Below are positions 59,982 through 64,000 of a stretch of 64,000 bases of DNA, in pieces. Below the pieces are notes generated by a model that was not told the DNA's origin, did not search any database, and worked only from the letters and a program-made list of their open reading frames with translations. Source of the DNA: Candidatus Hydrogenedentota bacterium. GTDB taxonomy: Bacteria; Hydrogenedentota; Hydrogenedentia; Hydrogenedentales; GCA-2746185. Position 1 is the stretch's first letter; each line of letters opens with the position of its first letter. The DNA is taken from positions 1 to 64,000 of the forward strand of contig JAYGCN010000306.1 of assembly GCA_046583315.1 (NCBI GenBank). Reading direction: 5' to 3'. Both the position numbers and the translations under genes were made by a program.

Positions 59982-60063
59982 GGATGCAAAGCATCCGTCG
60001 GTCTTTCTTTTGCTTATATACCGTCCGGCAGGACCTTTCTTCCCAGAAAGAAAAGAAGGGCAG

Positions 60064-62022
60064 TTAAGGCGTTTCCAAGTTCTTCGCAATTGCCGCCTTC
60101 AAATCAATCACATACATCCGATTACGTCCCGGAACATTCTCACCTTTCACTGGCAAAGCTTCGACTTCAGCCCCAATCGGCGCGGCAAGTTTCCCCAGAT
60201 GATCAATCGCGTTCAATGCCGACGTGGCGACCTGCACATGGTAGTCGTCCACATCTGACAACTCTAGCAAGGCATTCAAAGCGCGTGTCTGCTGCCGTTC
60301 ACTGCCGTATTCGGCCAATAACTCGGCCGACGCAATACGCACAGCGGCGGACTCATCGTCAAGCATCGCCTCCAACACATTCAACTTCACATTCGGATCG
60401 AGGATACGTTTGTGCGAATACAATTTGAACGCGCTGTTCGGTTCCTCCCCTTCGGCCAACTCTTCGGGAGGATATTCGACGTTCGCCGTAGTCCGCGTAA
60501 GAATGCTCATCAACGCCCAATAGCGGACCACCGGGTGCGCGTTATCGAGTTCGTTCAACAATTCCACATCCGGCTCTTCGCGCGTCGCCCGTTCCGCCAC
60601 ATCCAGAATCAATTCCAGCGGGTACTTGTCATCATCCAACGCAAACTCACGAAGAATTTCGTCGTCATAAAGCATCCGCATATCAGGCTCCGGAATATAT
60701 CCTGTATCCCGCGTTTCCAACTGAATACGTTTCAACGCTCCCCGCATCCGTTGCAATACCTCCGCATGCTCCGGCGAATCCACCAGCGAATGCATCTCAT
60801 CCGGGTCCGATTGCAAATCATAGAGCCGCTCCGAATCCCGTCGCCCGAAGAAATACGCTGACTCCTCGCTCAACGTTCCAGCCCTATACGCCGCGGCCCA
60901 TGCCTGTGTTGTCGGCGTTTGATACATATACGCCACGTGCTGCAAATGAGGCAGATGCGGCAGATAATTCCGCACATACACATAGCGTTTATCGCGAACC
61001 GCCCGCACAAAATCCACGCGCTCATCCATACGACCGCGCAATCCGAATAAATATTTCTTCTCCGGCAGATTCGTCGCACCCAAGAACGCCTTGCCCTGCA
61101 TAGTCGCAGGCACTTCCGCGCCCGCCAGCGTCAACATGGTCGGCGCGAGATCCACAAAACTGACCAATCGCGTCGATTCACCGCCCGCCACATAATCCTG
61201 TGGCATCAGATGCTTAAATTTATCCGGCACAACCGCGATCAACGGCACTTGTAATCCCGAATTGCACGTCGAGCGTTTTCCCCGCGGCAGTCCCACCCCG
61301 TGATCGCCGTAATACATGATGATCGTGTCGTCCATCAATCCCGCGTCTTCCAATTCCTGTAACAACGCGCCCGCCTGCGCATCCATCACCGTCATCTTGT
61401 CATAATACTGCGCCCAATCCCGGCGCGTCCCCGGCGTGTCCGGATAATACGACGGCAACACCATCTTCGCGGGGTCCTGTATCGCGTCATGCGGATGTTT
61501 ACGAATCTGACTCTCGTGCGTCACCCCAAAATTGAACACCGCAAAAAACGGCTGACCCTCCGCGCGATTTTTCCAATGTCCCTTCCGCGACGACACATCC
61601 CACGTGCCTTCCGGCTTCGGAACATTGTAATCCTCCTTCGCATTGTTCGTGCAATAATACCCCGCCGCGCGCAACAACTCCGGATACAACTTCACACGCT
61701 CCGGCAACACCGCCAAACTCCGCATATGCTCCGCGCCCAAAGAAGAAGGATACATCCCCGTAATAATCGCCGTCCGAGCAGGAGCACAAACCGGCACCGT
61801 CGACCAGGCATTCCGATAAAGCACACCCTTAGCAGCAAGAACATCCAAATTAGGGGTAACCGCCAACCCATCCCCATAACACCCCATATGAGGCCCATTA
61901 TCCTCACTAACAATCCAAAGAATATTCGGCCGTTCCGCCGCGTGGGCGACAACCGAGATCAATATAAACTGAGTTGCGAACACGCCATATGTCAGCCACC
62001 GAGTACAAATCGACGTTTTCAT
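60064..62022 (-). CDS. Formylglycine-dependent sulfatase with C-terminal HEAT-like repeats
   Basis: WIVSED, CAPARTAIITG, GDHG, PRGK, LYDLQSDPDE; HPVVRYWA and SAAVRIASAE repeats. Confidence 0.87.
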   Translation of the reverse strand: MKTSICTRWLTYGVFATQFILISVVAHAAERPNILWIVSEDNGPHMGCYGDGLAVTPNLDVLAAKGVLYRNAWSTVPVCAPARTAIITGMYPSSLGAEHMRSLAVLPERVKLYPELLRAAGYYCTNNAKEDYNVPKPEGTWDVSSRKGHWKNRAEGQPFFAVFNFGVTHESQIRKHPHDAIQDPAKMVLPSYYPDTPGTRRDWAQYYDKMTVMDAQAGALLQELEDAGLMDDTIIMYYGDHGVGLPRGKRSTCNSGLQVPLIAVVPDKFKHLMPQDYVAGGESTRLVSFVDLAPTMLTLAGAEVPATMQGKAFLGATNLPEKKYLFGLRGRMDERVDFVRAVRDKRYVYVRNYLPHLPHLQHVAYMYQTPTTQAWAAAYRAGTLSEESAYFFGRRDSERLYDLQSDPDEMHSLVDSPEHAEVLQRMRGALKRIQLETRDTGYIPEPDMRMLYDDEILREFALDDDKYPLELILDVAERATREEPDVELLNELDNAHPVVRYWALMSILTRTTANVEYPPEELAEGEEPNSAFKLYSHKRILDPNVKLNVLEAMLDDESAAVRIASAELLAEYGSERQQTRALNALLELSDVDDYHVQVATSALNAIDHLGKLAAPIGAEVEALPVKGENVPGRNRMYVIDLKAAIAKNLETP

Positions 62023-62155
62023 TACGCTTCTCCCTTACTGGAGACATTCGTCTTCAATAAATTATCTTGAAACTAGATTCTGCCTGCTTGAGTCGATAGA
62101 GTTAGGGAATCTTCTCAATAGTGCATAATAAACAATACTGAGAGCTCCAGACAAT

Positions 62156-62692
62156 TTGATACCTCTAATACTTGCATCGACCGCTTCCGCATATCTCATC
62201 CTCGCGATTATCATTTTTGGGAGACGGAAGGATTCATACAGTCACATCCGCTTTACCATTAGCGAATTGGGCGAATACGGCTCTAGAGATCAAAAAATAG
62301 TGGCATTCGGTGTGTTTCTTCCGGTGTCATTGGCCGTCGCGGGTGTTGCCTGTTTCATCCCTTCGTCCAATCCTTTTCAAATTGGTCTCGCCCTATGTAT
62401 AGCGACAGGTTATTTTGTTGCCTCATTCTTTCCTTGCGACGTGGGCTCTCCCTACACAGGTACAACTCGGCAGGGAATACATAATTTGGGAGGTGGGATC
62501 GAATACGCAGGCGGGGCGATGTGTCTCTTTGGATTATCTGAGCCAATTCATTATACCTTCGGAATAGTAGGTGTTTCGGTCATCCTCGGTATGCTCTTCG
62601 TATCGTTCGAGAATCCAATCCGAGGGCTTGTGCAACGATGCACCGAGACTATCCTGTTTGGGAGCCTGTTGTATTCGCTATGGCCAATCTAA
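62156..62692 (+). CDS. DUF998 family membrane protein (AT-richer than neighbours)
   Basis: YSHIRFTISELGE, FPCD, IHNLGG, GLVQR; multiple TM helices. Confidence 0.78.
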   Translation: MIPLILASTASAYLILAIIIFGRRKDSYSHIRFTISELGEYGSRDQKIVAFGVFLPVSLAVAGVACFIPSSNPFQIGLALCIATGYFVASFFPCDVGSPYTGTTRQGIHNLGGGIEYAGGAMCLFGLSEPIHYTFGIVGVSVILGMLFVSFENPIRGLVQRCTETILFGSLLYSLWPI

Positions 62693-62740
62693 TGGAATAT
62701 TACCTCTTGTACCAAGCGTATCACGGCATAGATTCGTAAT

Positions 62741-62820
62741 CTATCCGCGTTCATCCGCGGTTAATTAAAGCAGGTTTCACGTTCTTCCTCCGCACTTCTC
62801 CGCGCCTCCGTGGTGAAAAA
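62741..62820. repeat. Two short tandem-unit REP-like motifs (ATCCGCGTTCATCCGCGGTTAA; CTCCGCACTTCTCCGCGCCTCCGTGGTGAAA)
   Basis: 8-10 nt internal periodicity, intergenic; preceded by hairpin ATAGATT-CGT-AATCTAT (62728-62744). Confidence 0.55.
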
Positions 62821-63039
62821 CTGTAAACAATTAACATTCACAACCCAAATCACATCAAACCATTACAATCCTCGCCCTATTGTTTCCCATATCCCCCTTT
62901 TCCCCATCCAAACCCGAATGTCCATTCCTGGAACCCATTGATTCCCCAGTCCGTCTCCCACGGAACGTGCAACGCCCTTGTCAAGTATATAGAGGAGAGG
63001 GACCACCGCAAAGACCCCCTCATCGACGACCTCCCAACG

Positions 63040-63129
63040 TGTCATTCCCAACTTGATTGGGAATCTCGTGGATTGTGCTTCGAGCGTAGTCCTAGGCATG
63101 CAAGATCCCCAGTCAAGCTGAGGATGACA
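63040..63129. repeat. Bipartite GTCAT-type palindromic element (REP/MITE-like)
   Basis: GTCATTCCCAACTTGATTGGGAATCT (63041-63066) and inverted partner AGATCCCCAGTCAAGCTGAGGATGAC (63103-63128), 21/26 match. Confidence 0.75.
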
Positions 63130-63154
63130 ACAGGCGGACGGAAGCGCTTACGGG

Positions 63155-63175
63155 AGGGCATTCAATATACCCTAC
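63155..63175 (-). repeat. Degenerate GTAG-headed REP-like hairpin (GTAGGGTATATTGAATGCCCT)
   Basis: GTAG head plus imperfect GGGTAT/ATGCCC stem. Confidence 0.4.
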
Positions 63176-63200
63176 GGCAGTACCCCTCAGCGTCTTTGCG

Positions 63201-64000
63201 TTAGGGCAGTTTAGCGTTTCGCACGCTTGCTTCGCGTTTGTCCATGCGTTGGCGCATGAGCTCGAGGGCGTCGGAGTTTTGGGAGTTGGGCGCGGCGTTG
63301 GTGAATTGTTGCGGGTCGTTGATCATGTCGTATAATTCTTCTTCGCCGTTGGAGTAGCGAATGTACGCCCAATCCACCGTGCGCAACATTTTTCCTCTGC
63401 CGGTGACGCCGTAAACGTCTTCGCGCAGGCTGACATCGGGATCGCTCAGCGCGGAGACAAGGCTACGGCCCTGGACATGTTCGGGAATGTCGAGTCCGGC
63501 CAATTCCGCAAGCGTCGGATAGATATCGATTTGTTCGGAAAGAGTCGTCGCGGTCGCGGGTGCAACGCCGGGCACGGAAATAATAAGAGGTATGCGCATG
63601 GACTCTTCGTGCAGACTGACCTTTTGCCAAAAATCGTGCTCGCCGAGGTGGTAGCCGTGGTCGCTCATGAACACGACGATGGTATTGTCGCGCAATTCGA
63701 GCTCGTCCAACGCGTCGAGCAGGCGTCCGACTTGCGCGTCCATGAATGAGACGGATGCATAATAGGCGGCCAACGATTTGCGTTGCTTGACGAGATCGCC
63801 TTGCATGCCGAGGCTACGTGAACTGCGCGAGATGCCTGCTTTTGGAAGATCGTCCCAGTCGAAGGCGACTTTAACGGGTAGCTGCATCTGTTCGTGCGGG
63901 TGCGCATCGAAGTAGGACGTGGGCGCAACCAGCGGCACATGCGGACGCACAAGTCCCACGGCCATAAAGAAAGGATCGTCCTTATGCTCGGACATTATTT
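63201..64000 (-). CDS. Sulfatase (iduronate-2-sulfatase/choline-sulfatase-like), 5' end beyond window
   Basis: PFFMAVGLVRPHVP, YYASVSFMDAQVG, SDHGYHLGEH...WQK, EELYD; frame open to the window edge. Confidence 0.88.
   Translation of the reverse strand, partial: IMSEHKDDPFFMAVGLVRPHVPLVAPTSYFDAHPHEQMQLPVKVAFDWDDLPKAGISRSSRSLGMQGDLVKQRKSLAAYYASVSFMDAQVGRLLDALDELELRDNTIVVFMSDHGYHLGEHDFWQKVSLHEESMRIPLIISVPGVAPATATTLSEQIDIYPTLAELAGLDIPEHVQGRSLVSALSDPDVSLREDVYGVTGRGKMLRTVDWAYIRYSNGEEELYDMINDPQQFTNAAPNSQNSDALELMRQRMDKREASVRNAKLP

Noticed and set aside
59982..60063. Bidirectional terminator between convergent genes (CTTTCT-TCCC-AGAAAG)
   Set aside because: Stem is short and AT-rich; support is insufficient.
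62692..63200. CRISPR array
   Set aside because: Repeats are of different families and not regularly spaced; no cas genes.
62938..63204. 88-aa + strand ORF and 78-aa - strand ORF (62863-63099)
   Set aside because: Both run through the palindromic repeat, and neither has a clear RBS or recognisable motif.
63172..63210. CTACGGCAGT / TTAGGGCAGT as a second duplicated gene end (VLP* vs KLP*)
   Set aside because: Only about 10 nt, and the same 10-mer occurs at 19980; compatible with chance.

Overview
This is a gene-dense bacterial chromosomal segment with about 46 CDS, moderately high GC and a mostly C-rich + strand. I found no rRNA, tRNA, CRISPR array, transposase, integrase or recognisable transcription factor. 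The content is typical of PVC/Hydrogenedentota-like heterotrophs (lineage inferred from gene families only). It includes an Opp/Dpp ABC importer lacking its binding protein, an ABC exporter, three Gfo/Idh/MocA oxidoreductases, two SMP-30 lactonases and two DUF1080 proteins. It also has an AlgI-type MBOAT next to a double-AlgX/J SGNH protein, two PVC-type CxxCH dehydrogenase-like proteins, and two tandem PSD1/planctomycete-cytochrome + DUF1501 modules. Other genes are a ceruloplasmin-like two-domain multicopper oxidase, PhoA, a cyclase-STAND-TPR protein, three sulfatases and a PQQ enzyme. Most notable: (1) a frameshifted SRPBCC gene between two diverged copies of the 3' end of an aldo-keto reductase gene, both ending in a REP-like motif (gene-end replacement signature); (2) a divergent AKR/FucU/IolO-like epimerase/Zn-dehydrogenase cluster consistent with L-glucose/L-galactose catabolism via D-tagaturonate; (3) a cluster of several REP-like element families at 62.7-63.2 kb that coincides with an apparent GC-skew switch; (4) an uncalled 45-aa membrane microprotein with a near-consensus promoter and palindromic operator. 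All family calls come from motif recognition by eye; no database search was run.
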